Shown here piece after piece: positions 1-11,482 of a stretch of 64,000 nt of DNA (within the stretch, counting starts at the first letter, position 1; each line of letters starts with the position of its first letter). The notes below the pieces were generated by a model. It was not told where the DNA came from. It worked only from the letters and a program-made list of their open reading frames with translations, and searched no databases. The translations under genes and the position numbers were made by a program. Location: positions 24,428,001 through 24,492,000 of the forward strand of contig NC_043018.1 in assembly GCF_006345805.1 (NCBI RefSeq), written 5' to 3'. This DNA comes from Octopus sinensis. Its lineage: Eukaryota.

Positions 1-133
1 ACCACCCCCTGCCAGAGCCTCGTGGAGCTTTAGGTGTTTTTGCTCAATAAACACAACGCCCAGTCTCGGAATCGAAATCGCGATCCTACAACCATGAGTC
101 CACTGCCCTAACCACTGAGCCATTGCGCCTCCA
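1..133 (-). mobile_element. tRNA-derived SINE, head portion
   Basis: Reverse complement gives A-box TGGCTCAGTGGTTAG and B-box-like TTCGATTCC; homologous copy at ~30075-30205. Confidence 0.75.
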
Positions 134-614
134 CATCAATTTAATTAATATATCAAAATAGCTACTAATAATTTCATGCTCAGAGATACATGGCGTATTT
201 TATAAATATTCCTATTTAAAGTATCATGAAAGTATGAAACTATTAGTCATATATACATACACTTTCACCATGGAAAAGTGGACGTTGATGATGATCATGA
301 TATATAATGCTAGGAGGGACTCTTAAAGTCAAAACTACCAAAATAAATAAACGCATTGTACCGAATACAAGGAATGCAACTCTCGAAGCATTTTTATATA
401 AATGTACACATTTTTTTCACTTCACTGTAGTTGTTCAAAGCCACTTATCGTGAAGGGTGTAGCAATCCCACCGGTCAATCTAGAAATTCATTTCCATGGA
501 GGGCAGGATTTCGATACAGAGTGACACAAACGAATAACATTAAAACCATTTCTTTGATGCTCTACCAATTCTACCAATCCACTCTACAATGTCTGTATTT
601 CTTTTCCATTTCAG

Positions 615-792
615 TCGAGTGGGACCAGTTTACATTCACGGGTCAACTTCTGATTGGAGGCTTCTTATTTCATTACCTGCCTCACTTTGTAACTGATCGC
701 ACCCTCTTCCTACACCATTACCTGCCGGCCTTCCTCTTTCAGGTGATCACCTGTGCTGCTCTCTTCGACCACTTCATTCTCATATCTGCCAG
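615..792 (+). CDS. POMT1: Protein O-mannosyltransferase 1, penultimate coding exon (178 nt, phase 1 in, phase 2 out)
   Basis: Acceptor ttttccatttcAG at 613-614 and donor AG|GTAAAA at 793. Translates VEWDQFTFTGQLLIGGFLFHYLPHFVTDRTLFLHHYLPAFLFQ, matching the PMT-family C-terminal YLPFF..RTLFLxHYLPA motif. Confidence 0.93.
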
Positions 793-1071
793 GTAAAACC
801 AATTCTCTTTTCCAACTTTGTGTATGCCTTTTATCTTTTACTTGTTTCTCTCATTGAACAGCTGCCATGCTGGAGCAATACCTTCAAGGGTTTCTCAACC
901 ATTTTTTGTCTTTGGACCCTTTTGGTTCCTATTTTTATCTACTGGACCCCCAAACCCATTCAATGATTAAAAAAGGTCCCATTATGTTTTTATAATTAAA
1001 TAATATTAGGAATAGTGTAGAAAAAAATTGTTAAAATATTTTGTATATTGTAGAAGCATAATCTATTTAAT

Positions 1072-1580
1072 GTGGAACTGTGTAAAGGCACCTGTGCCAC
1101 GCCACGTAAAAGCACTTGTGTGACGCCATGTAAAACTGCCCATGAAGTGGCATGTGAAAGTATCTGTGTTGTGCTACATAAAAGCACCTGTGCCACGTCA
1201 CATAAAAGCACCTGTTCCACATCATATAAAAGCACCTGTGTGACGTCACACAAAAGCATGTACTACACCATATAAAAGCATTTGTGCAGCGCCATGTGAA
1301 AGCATTTGTGCCACCTCACATAAAAGCACCTGTGCCGCACTATGTAAAAACACCTGTGCCACATCAAATAAAAACACTTGTGTGGAACCACATAAAAGCA
1401 CATGTGCTGTGCCATGTAAAAGCACCTGTGTCACATCACATAAAAGCACCTGTGTGGAACCACATAAAAGCACCTATGCCACGCGATTTAAAAGCACCTG
1501 TGTCACATCACATAAAAGCACTTGTATGACACCATGTAAAAGTGCCAGTTTGGCGTCACATAAAACTGCCCATGTTGTGA
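1072..1580. repeat. Degenerate 24-bp minisatellite (cataaaagcacctgtgccacgtca), ~20 units
   Basis: 24-nt periodicity gives 8-aa repeats (HKSTCxTS) in several frames. The unit resembles the internal tggcacgtaaaaagcacc repeat of the RTE-tailed SINE family. Confidence 0.85.
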
Positions 1581-2929
1581 GGGGAAAAGGGAAGAGTGGA
1601 AAGTGTGATGATTGATGTTGTTTAAGAACTCTTGGCCGTTTCTGACTTTGTGGTGGTGAATCTCAGTTATTTGATGAGGATTTAGTTGTTCAGCCAAGTG
1701 ACTTAACATATAAGTGGCTGAGTATTCCATAGACATCTGTACCTGTAACCCTTTAGCATTCACAGTATTATGTCAGAAGTAATGCTTATTTATTCTCATT
1801 GCGTTGTATTAATCATGCATCATCTTGTAGCTTTGAGATTTTGAAGAGGTAACTTAATTTTTAGAATGATATTGTAGGGTCGGTATGATAGGCCAGATCT
1901 GGTCAGTTTGAACATAAAACAGGTAGAATATTTCAGTTAGATATAGCTCTACTCTTTCACCACAACTTTCTTCCCATTTTTCTTGTGCCTGTATTTCAAA
2001 GGGGCCAGCCTTGTCACACACTGTGTCATGCTGAATCTTCCCGAGAACTACTTTAAGAGTACACGTGTCTGTGGAGTGCTCAGCCACTTGCACATTAATT
2101 TCATGAGCAGACTGTTCTGTTGATCGGATTAACTGGAACTCTCGTCGTTGTAACCGACGAAGTGTCACGACTATGGGAAATTATTGCTCTGCTTTACAAG
2201 TTTTCGCTTTATGAGCAAACTCCGGGGACGAATTATACATAAATTATATAAGTGTATGTGTAATTGTGTATGTGTATGAATATTAATTAATATATGTATA
2301 ATATCTATGTGAGTATGTGTGTATATCTATCAAAGTAGTCTGGCAGGACCTACTCAACCTTGAAAACCCCTAGTGAACTTCAGGAAAATTTAAAAGGAAT
2401 AATTGAAACCCCTATGATCAGAGTTTAGGCATTGTTTGTTTGCCCTAATTTTTTGGAACCATGGGTGCAAGCTCTCTTGCCATGACATGGCAATGCCAAC
2501 AAGAGAGAGAGGGACTTAGGTGTTGGGGGGATTTCGATGGCCATATGATGCGTTTAGGCGTTGTTAGTTTGCCGTTAGTTGTTGGGAACCAAAGGCGTAA
2601 GCTCTCTTACCACGACAAGGTCACGCCAACAAGAGAGTGGGACTTGGGTTTCAGAGAATTTCAGCGGCCAGACGATAATGAACATTCAGCGGATTAGTCA
2701 TATTCGAATGTAAGGGAGACAATCAATTTCTGAAAGTTACTTCGCAAAGAGTTATCTCCCTTTTTCACGTCACTCAGGAACATAAGCAATGTTCCCAGTT
2801 TGGAGAAAATTAGTTTGTGAACTTCATAAGTTATGCGAGTTTACACACACACACACACACACACACCACCCCCGACTTTTATATAAACAGGGGAGAGAGT
2901 GGTGGATGTAAGTGGTGGATGTGAAGCAG

Positions 2930-3250
2930 CTCCTTGAAGATGAAAGGAAGGGTTTATCGGAGTTGCATGAGATCTGCAATGCTGTATGGGAGTGAGACAT
3001 GGTGTCTGAGGGAAAGCGAAACGGCAGTTTTGAGACAGACCAAGAGAGCAGTGTTTGGTGTGAAAGTATTTGATGAAAGGAGGGTTGAGGACTTGATGGG
3101 GGACGATGGGGTTGGAGGAATCTGTGGAACAGCCGGCAAGGGCGAATGAGGTGTAGTGATATGGACATGTTTTGAGGAGAGTGTTTGAGTTTAAAGGGAA
3201 TGAACTGCGAAAGCGAGGTCGACCAAATAAAACGTTGAGGAGACAGATTG
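2930..3250 (+). mobile_element. RTE-clade LINE reverse-transcriptase C-terminal relic
   Basis: KGRVYRSCMRSAMLYGSETW matches the RTE motif K.RLY...V...LLYG.ETW; frameshifted downstream. Confidence 0.75.
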
Positions 3251-3758
3251 GGGGTGGGGTTGGCTTGAGGAGGGAGGATGGTTGTTTTGTAATAAATCAT
3301 CACATTTATTCTTTGAAATGATAGATCTATTATTTAAAAAATTTTTATTTATTTTTATATTTAAAATTTTTTTGTGTGTTTAGTTTCACATTTAGAATCG
3401 AGATTGAGCTGCTTTCCCCTCTTCTCTCTTTCTCACTTTTTCTCTATCAGCCTCTCTCCTCTATCTGCATCTACAATTAGCAACAACGGTGAGCTCCTTT
3501 CCCTCCCCTTTCTCTCCTTCCATCATTCTCTATCAACCTCGCCTCTATCCGCATCTACAGTTAGCGACGAGGGTGGACTCCTTTCTCCCTCTCTCCTCCT
3601 CCTCGCCTATATCTGCATGTACAGATGTGACTGGAAGCACATTTTTTTTTTCGAAAGACAGTTTATTTTTATGTGTGATTGAGACGGGATCTGTTTTTTT
3701 TTTTTTTCTTTAAATAAATTTTATGAAATGCGGTGAAATATAAGACATTGAAACTTAC

Positions 3759-3933
3759 CTGCGTCCATCACCTTTCCATGAAGTCGAATGAAGTGAGCCA
3801 AGAATTGAGCCGAAAGGCTGTCATGACGTCACAATAGACGGTCGTATTTTCTTCTGGAATTCCCAAATGGCGTCATATTAGAATACTTTTACGATTTCAT
3901 TTTCTTTCTTTCTTTCAAAATTAGCGATTTGAG
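3759..3933. promoter_or_regulatory. CpG-enriched promoter-like island in the POMT1 last intron
   Basis: TGACGTCA (CRE) at 3824-3831, CAAATGGCG (YY1-like) at 3864-3872, minus-strand ATG GAC GCA G|GTAAGT (3768-3759), plus-strand donor GAG|GTAATT at 3933/3934. Confidence 0.45.
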
Positions 3934-3989
3934 GTAATTTATATTGTTCTCAGTTGTAATAGAAATAACGTATACGACATTTGAAATTA

Positions 3990-4225
3990 TGACGGAACGG
4001 TTTCTGTTACAAAGTAGGGTGTTTGGTGATCGAAAAGGTACGATCGCGAATACAAGCTGCCGAAATAGGTTTTCTGCGAAGGATCTCTAGAATAACCTTT
4101 CTCTTCAGGGTGCTTTGCTCGGAGAATCAAGAAATCTCGCCAGGTTGAAACAGACTTCTCTGGATTGAGAGGCCACAGCTTTGGTGCTACCGATATGTCT
4201 CAGGAAAGAGAGCAAAAAAAAAGTT
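3990..4225 (+). mobile_element. RTE-clade LINE relic
   Basis: RIQAAEIGFLRRISRIT resembles RTE R.QAAEM.FLRRI; decayed. Confidence 0.6.
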
Positions 4226-4776
4226 TCTTCTAAGTAAACAACTCTAGATCTTTGTATATTTGTTGTGCAAGATTTTTTATGTGAAGTCGTGTTTTGAAAC
4301 ATATTGTTATATTAGATCTGTTTTTTAAAAAGAAACCTACAAGTCCGTCTACGAATGCTTGTGAATCGGCGATCGCGTCTACAAGTCTAGTGCGAGTAAA
4401 AGTGATTCAGAAAACAACAACAACAATAATTTTTGTTATAAATGATTCTTTTTATTTTACATGAAATATTCTTTACAGTCTACTGTTGTTTTATTGCCAT
4501 TTATTTATACGAGTATTTATTATTACAATATTTTTCTGGGAACGAATTACGATTTATAACATTGCTACTATAGGAAATTATTGCTCACTTTACGAGCGGA
4601 CACCGGGAACGAATTAACTCGGCAATCGAAGCATCACTGTAATATAGTGTCTTTTCATATCACGTTAACCATAGTTTTAAGAAAGGCAAATAAAAAGACA
4701 ACTCCAGACAAATAAAGGGGGATAACTCTGACAATACTGCCATGATCGCAGTTCAGCTCAGCTTCTCTGGACTTGT

Positions 4777-5011
4777 AAGGCGGCGAGCTGGCAGAAACGT
4801 TAGCATGCCGGGCGAAATGCTTAGCGGTATTTCGTCTGCGTTACGTTGTGAGTTCAAATTCCGCCGAGGTCGACTTTGCCTTTCATCCTTTCGGGGTCGA
4901 TAAATTAAGTACCAGTTACGCACTGGGGGGTCGATATAATCGACTTAATCCATCTGTCAGTCCTTGTTTGCCTCCTCTGTGTTTAGCCCCTTGTGGGTAG
5001 TAAAGAAATAG
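4777..5011 (+). mobile_element. Full-length tRNA-derived SINE, long ('A') tail form
   Basis: Head aaggcggcgagctggcagaaacgttagc, B-box GAGTTCAAATTCC, central ctttgcctttcatcctttcggggtcgataaattaagtaccag, tail ttagccccttgtgggtagtaaagaaatag. Confidence 0.9.
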
Positions 5012-5400
5012 GTATAAACCATCGTGTCTTTTAGGGGCCTATGTAAGACTACATTGTCCATTCCTTATTCAAGACAGTAGCGTGCGGTCTGAAAGGCATT
5101 CAGCTACTGTTTTTAGCAGATTGCGTAACCCACAACTACATGGTTCTGGCTACAGTCCCACTGCGTGGCACTTTGGGCAAATGTCTTTTGCTATAGCTTC
5201 AGATTGATCTGAGCCTTTTGAGTAGATTTGGTAGATGGAAGCTGAAAGAGCTTGTCGTGTGCGTATATATATATATATCATCGTTTAACGTCCACTTCCC
5301 ATGTTAGCATGGGTTGGACGGTTTGACCGGGGTCTTGGAAGCCAGGAGGTTGCACCAGGCCCAGTCTGATCTGGCAGTGTTTCTACAGCTGGATGCCCTT

Positions 5401-5439
<39 letters not shown>

Positions 5440-5577
5440 ATATAGGAGTTATCTATTTGTTTTATGGTTCATTGGTTGGTATTTAGCAGAAAGTCTTTCC
5501 TGTTATAAGCATTCAAGCCATTTCTTTGCTCTGAGGTGTTCTCGATTCATTGCTGTGCTGTTGTGTGCTTTCTTCTT

Positions 5578-6435
5578 CCCTCTTATCTCTTTTTCTAGTC
5601 TTGGAGACTTTTTAAAGAGTCAAGGATGCTGGCTTTCTCTGACTAAGCAATATCAATTTTTTAAAAATCCGTATGAAGGAAGATGGACAGTATGAAGAGA
5701 TTTGTTAAATATATTTTGTACCAAAAGGCAACGTTTACATTTTACTAAATGTATTTTTTGGGCACTGAATACTGCAGTATCAACCTGAAGAGGCCCTCTC
5801 ATAAAGATGTATGGTGCTAAAAGCATAGAGATACACCATAGTAGACAAGAATCATCTGATATGGGTACCAGAACTGCAGGATCACATAATTTCGGTGTAC
5901 TGCACTTCTTCAGTGGTAGCTTCATATACCAGCCAAATCTTACTGCTAGTGATATGTAGAATAACTGTGGCAACACTATATAGAACAACAGTGGCTTTTC
6001 AGGCACTGGTATCGGAAACAGATTGCTTCCATCTCCAATATTTATTATTTTTAATAAACCTGCTGACTATCAGTAATTGAAAAACCACTGTTATTCTATA
6101 TATCGTTGGCAGTGTGATTTGGTTGGTATGTGAGGCTGGATGCCTGCCACTGAGGAAGTGCATGCTGAGATTATGGGATCTGAAAGTTCTGGTGCCTGTA
6201 CCAGATGATTCTCATCTGTTATGATATATGTCTGTGTTTTTAGCACTGTATGTCTTTATAAAAGGATCTCTCGAGGTGAATACCGTTGTGTTCAGTACTC
6301 TAGCAATGCAGCCATTTTTAGTAACATAAGAAGATTACCTTTTGGTATTGATAATGCTTCCATAGCTAATATCTATGTTGTTTTTACATTTAGACAAATA
6401 AGATCTGATATGTAAAGTCGAAGGGAGATATGAGG
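5578..6435. mobile_element. Foldback (long inverted repeat) element, arms ~5578-6015 and ~6062-6435
   Basis: Reverse complement of 5760-6000 aligns with 6078-6300 at roughly 70-75% identity by eye; termini cctc(a/t)tatctc..tt are inverted copies. Confidence 0.8.
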
Positions 6436-6465
6436 TCAATGTGTCTTTTATGCCTTTCTCAAATC

Positions 6466-6990
6466 ATCATCATTTAACGTCCGCTTTCCATGCTAGCATG
6501 GGTTGGACGGTTCAACTGGGGTCTGGGGAGCCCGAAAGCTGCACCAGTCCAGTCAGATCTGGCAGTGTTTCTACAGCTGGATGCCCTTCCTAACGCCAAC
6601 CACTCCGAGAGTGTAGTGGGTGATTTTATGTGCCACCGACACAGGTGCCAGACGAGGCTGGCAAACGGCCACGCTCGGATGGTGTTTTTTATGTGCCACC
6701 GACACAGGTGCCAGACGAGGCTGGCAGACGGCCACGCTCGGATGGTGTTTTTTATGTGCCACCGACACAGGTGCCAGACGAGGCTGGCAGACGGCCACGC
6801 TCGGATGGTGTTTTTATGTGCCACCGACACAGGTGCCAGACGAGGCTGGCAGACGGCCACGCTCGGATGTTGTTTTTATGTGCCACCAACACAGGTGCTA
6901 GATGAGGCTGGCGAACGGCCACAATCGGATGGTGTTTGTCATGTGCCCACCGCACTGACTACGGCACTGATGGATTTCTTGTGTGCCACA
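6466..6990 (-). mobile_element. RTE-tailed SINE with an internal 62-63-bp tandem array (~5.3 units, 6628-6960)
   Basis: Reverse complement ends gcatggaaagcggacgttaaatgatgatg. Unit atgtgccaccgacacaggtgccagacgaggctggcagacggccacgctcggatggtgtttttt at 6628, 6691, 6754, 6816, 6878. Related copies at ~5277, 37728, 43730, 54832, 63750. Confidence 0.88.
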
Positions 6991-7213
6991 GGATACAAAT
7001 TCCATTGATGTTCATCTATTTTGTCTATTTTGATTTGATTTGATTTTCACTTGCCTCAACCGGTCTTCACAAATAAATTAGGTAGAGTGGCCTAAAGTGT
7101 ATATTGGCTACCTTTTATGAGAAACAGGTCACATGAGACATTGCTCATCATCAAACAGGCTACACTACTAAAAAAAATTCAAGGGCTACAATTTACTTGT
7201 GAATGGCCTAAAA

Positions 7214-7487
7214 CAATGGTTCTTAATTGGGGTCCATAATAGTATTTTAAGGGCCCCTGAAAAATATTTTGCTTTAGATGTATCTCATATTGGTATGTAT
7301 TGCAAGAAACAGCTGGGTTTCTTTCTCTGACATTTTATATAGTTCAACCTACATAAGTGTGAAAAATAATAGGAATTTTGAAAGTTCCTATAAAACTAGT
7401 TTTTAAACATCGAATGGCTATGGGAGTCCAGCAGAATAGAATAGTAATAAAAAGGGGTCCATAGATAAATATGGTTGAGAACCCCTG
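7214..7487. mobile_element. Older hAT-type MITE
   Basis: Termini caatggttcttaa / ttgagaacccctg (10/13 inverted match); decayed 8-bp flanks gcctaaaa / gtctgaag. Confidence 0.6.
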
Positions 7488-7671
7488 GTCTGAAGGAAGA
7501 CTCAAAAACCAGTTCCACAATGGCTGACCAGCTTGTAAAGTGTAAATTAGAATGAAAGAATTTTTTTCCTATTTCCATCAATTGAATATTATTTCCATGA
7601 TGGCCTTTTTGATTGAAATGTTTAAATTACATTTTTTGCTTTATTTATTTATTTGTTTTTTCTTCTTCCAG

Positions 7672-7855
7672 GTTTGTTCCTTACCTGAGCAGTTTTGTGA
7701 AATATCTTATCGTCCTCTTGGTACTTATAGCCCTGGGTGTTTTTCTTTATTTCTCTGCATTCTCCTATGGTAATATTCCCCTAACAGCCGCAGACATTCA
7801 ACAGATGTCGTGGAAAGACAGTTGGGATTTTCTGGTGCGTGTTAAATTAAGATAA
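7672..7855 (+). CDS. POMT1: Protein O-mannosyltransferase 1, terminal coding exon
   Basis: Acceptor tttttcttcttccAG at 7670-7671; AG|G reconstitutes Arg in phase with exon 615-792. Encodes FVPYLSSFVKYLIVLLVLIALGVFLYFSAFSYGNIPLTAADIQQMSWKDSWDFLVRVKLR*, with the POMT1-typical terminal WKDSWD. Confidence 0.93.
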
Positions 7856-9642
7856 AAACATTTATTTTCTTCAGATATCCCCCACTTCATCTTCATCACT
7901 TTTCTCCCCACCTCACAATTGTTACATCACCTGTGTTTCCATAGGTAATAATGAGAAGATAAGTTGATGATGTCTTGATGTTCTGGTCACTTAAAACTTT
8001 AATCTCCATGCAACGAGTTTTTAATATGAACAAAGTAACAACCACAAGATTGTCAGTTGATATTTTAGTGTACTAATTTTCTGGTTTCCATGTCTTTTCG
8101 ATCTAGTCTAACAGAATCTCATCTTCAGAAAATAATGTTTACTTTGTTTTAGAAATTGTAAGGTAAGGAAAATATTGGAAAATATTCTGACTCTAAAAAC
8201 AATAAGCTGAAGGTTGGTTGAATGGATTAAGATGTTTGACTTCCAGTTCATAGGTCTCCAGTTTTAATCGATTGTAGTATTTTGTTATTAATTCTATAGC
8301 CTATGTCCACCTAGCTGGTGAGAATAGGTACCAAATCACTGAAACAACAAAAGATACACCATGTGACTGGAGCTAAATGCAGCTCCCAAAAATCCATTTG
8401 ATGCTACTGGAAGTATTTATCTTTCTATTTTTTGCCTGTGGAATTCATAAAATCATAATGTTCTGTGTTTGGGGTGTAAGTGTTCCCTTTAAACATGATA
8501 AAACAGTCTCACCATGTTATGGAGTGTATATTACTACATTATACTCCACAGATGAGTACATGTTTGTTTACTTCTCTACATGTGCCCATGTGTGGCTCGC
8601 TAGTAGGAGTGGAAAGGCCTATTGTGCTCATGGCTGGAAAATGTTGTAGTGCCTGTAGCTAAAAGGCTCTAGGTTTTAAACAAAACTGTGTCCACTACAT
8701 GAGCAAAGACTGTTTGACCAACTGAGCTTCTTGCAACACTTCCTGGCTCTAGTTTGTCTAGGAATTCTACTACATTAAATGCATAATATATGTGCTGTTT
8801 GACCATAATGTAAATCCCCAGTTAAAGATATATCTATTTTAACTCATTAACATATTTGTTATTTCATTAACATAAATTAAGTTAAAATTAACATAAAATA
8901 TTTCTCTCCACAGTAACGAGTGACTGTTATAGTTTGTTACTTTGAAATTAATAATTCCATTTCTTTCGAGTAAAAACAAATCTCAAATTTTAATTGCCTA
9001 AGAAGAATTATGAATATGATTTAATTATTCAAAGTACTAATTGCATGATGCTTTTTTAAAATTTATTAAAATATTTAAATTTATTAAACATCCAGTGGCG
9101 GTGCCCCAGCATGGCCGCGGCCTTCGGGCTAAAACATTTTTAAGGATTTATCCCAAATTAAAATATTTTCCATTTCCAAAGACGAGGTTAATCACCTGAT
9201 TAATTACAATCATATAAATCTAGTTTAATTTGTGTTTTTAATGATTTCTTTTGATTGACTAAAGCATTTAAAATTTTCTTTAGTCATTTTTAAACATTTT
9301 ATTTGTTGGTAGGATTGACAGCATTGCTGAAAGTCATGTTTGACTTGTTGAGGTTTTACTTTTCTCTTTAAAACCTTGCTGTCGTATTATAAAACTATTT
9401 ACGAAGGACGATATAGTCTCCCTACATCCAGCAGATCTCAACAGTTTCAATTCAAGGAACTTGTGGTGGAGTAAGGCTTAATCGACAAAGATTAGCCAAA
9501 TCTTGAATCCTTAGAGATTAACTAAAATTAATTTATAGGGTGGAAACTCAACTCTTATCCTAGTTCATCAGAAGCACCAAGAACAACTTGACTGTCGTTA
9601 TAATCTAGTGTCTTGGAGGCGAGTTGAACGGTGTCTGTGTAC

Positions 9643-9833
9643 GATGGCCTAATGGTGACACAAATGTGTATGATGGCCTAATGGTGACACAAATGTGTAT
9701 GATGGCCTAATGGTGACATAAAAGTGTATGGTGGCCTAATGGCGACATAAAAGTGTATGGTGGCCTAATAGCGACATAAAAGTGTATGGTGGCCTAATAG
9801 CGACAAAAGTGTATGGTGGCCTAATATCGACAT
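9643..9833. repeat. 29-bp minisatellite, ~6.5 units
   Basis: Units start at 9643, 9672, 9701, 9730, 9759, 9788, 9815; consensus g(a/g)tggcctaat(g/a)g(t/c)gaca(c/t)aaa(t/a)gtgtat. Confidence 0.95.
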
Positions 9834-11105
9834 CATGTAACCAATCATTCTCTCATTTTTACAATCTAGTCATTTACATACTATGGAAGCACAGTTGTTT
9901 ACATTCTGGCGAGACACTTGCCTATAACACGGAGACATGCTGACAAGAGTTCATTCTCTATCACTGTCACATATATTTTTGTTGTATAAAATGCAATAAA
10001 TTGCCTTTTTTATACCTGCCGACATTTTAAAGTCAACATCATTACATATAATACATCATACTAGAGACTTCTCCCACCCCCTCAACTACCCCATGGAACC
10101 ATCACCACTGCCTCCACCTCCATCAGTCAGTGGAGAAGCAAGCACCTACGTGGTTGCTTGACCTGTTAGAAAGAGTAGTCAAATCTCTCTCAAACCTCTC
10201 ACCATACAATCTTAAGCAGGGAATGGGACACACTTGATAATTTTGTCCTTGATATGCAAAAATAGCTGGTTGGTCATATTTGGAATACCTTTTGATCACA
10301 AGTTTGGGCTAAATGGTAACTGCTCCTACCCACCCTCTTTAATTATTTTACATCCAACTTTCTGTTGTTCATGGCTCAGGTACCTACTTTTGTTCTCCAG
10401 CAAGATCAGTGTCTTCTCTTTCCTTGGTCAATGTCTCACACACACGAACGCACGTTACACAACATTGACTGTAGCAGTCAGGTTTGAACTCATAACCATC
10501 ATTATCGTTTAACATTCTCCTTCCAGCGGGCCAAGCAGAAGCCTGCACCATGCTTCTCTGTGTTTGGTATAGTTTTTTATTATGGCTGGATGCCCTTCCT
10601 AACACCGACCACCCTGCAGAGTGGGCTGAGTGCTTTTTACGTAGCACCTGCACAGGTGAGGTCAGTTTTGGCATGGTTTTTACAGCTGGGTCTCAATGAT
10701 TGTAACACTGTAGACTGCTAAACTTGCCCAAGGTGGTGGTGGTACCTCTACACAACGAATATTACATAAACATACAGATATCGCGTGCTGTTATCTCAAC
10801 ATACTGCCAACCATACATGCATCCTGATGTCTGCTGTTATCTCTATATAACAATGGCTGTTATGTTTAACCCTCTAGCATTCAGAATGGTCATATCTGGC
10901 CAAATTATTAAACTCGTTTTATGTTGAAACCGGCCAGATCCAGCCTCTCACCTCAATCTTTCGATGTCATTCTAAAAACTAAACAATCACATCATTGAAA
11001 TCTCAAAGCTATAAGATGATTGATTCAAAATAATATGAATGGAAGAAAAAATATCTATATAAGTTCTCTATAATGGCTGTTATGTTTTATAAACATACAG
11101 ATATG

Positions 11106-11482
11106 TAGGCGCAGGAGTGGCTGTGTGGTAAGTAGCTTGTTTACCAACCACATGGTTCCGGGTTCAGTCCCACTGCGTGGCACCTTGGGCAAGTGTCTTC
11201 TACTATAGCCTCGGGCCGACCAAGGCTTTGTGAGTGGATTTGGTAGACGGAAACTGAAAGAAGCCCGTCGTATATATGTATATATATGTATGTGCGTGTA
11301 TGTTTGTGTGTCTGTGTTTGTCCCCCTAGCATTGCTTGACAACCGATGCTGGTGTGTTTATGTCCCCATCACTTAGCGGTTCGGCAAAAGAGACCGATAG
11401 AATAAGTCCCGGGGTCGAGTTCCTCGATTAAAGGCGGTGCTCCAGCATGGCCGCAGTCAAAATGACTGAAACAAGTAGAAAG
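11106..11482 (+). mobile_element. tRNA-derived SINE with CORE-like domain
   Basis: A-box TGGCTGTGTGGT, B-box GGTTCAGTCC, CORE-like ccttgggcaagtgtctt, tail ending ccagcatggccgcagtcaaaatgactgaaacaagt. Related copies at ~26320-26660, 35200-35430, 57550-58010. Confidence 0.85.

Noticed and set aside
431-614. N-terminal part of the 121-aa ORF and the acceptor at 430 as a POMT1 exon extension
   Set aside because: No PMT similarity, and an exon starting at 431 is out of phase with the phase-1 acceptor at 614.
1072-1615. HKSTC-repeat ORFs as a Cys/His metal-binding protein
   Set aside because: Open in several frames on both strands, no splice context, and derived from a SINE-related minisatellite.
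9643-9833. CRISPR-like array
   Set aside because: Units are contiguous with no unique spacers, there are no cas genes, and the context is eukaryotic.
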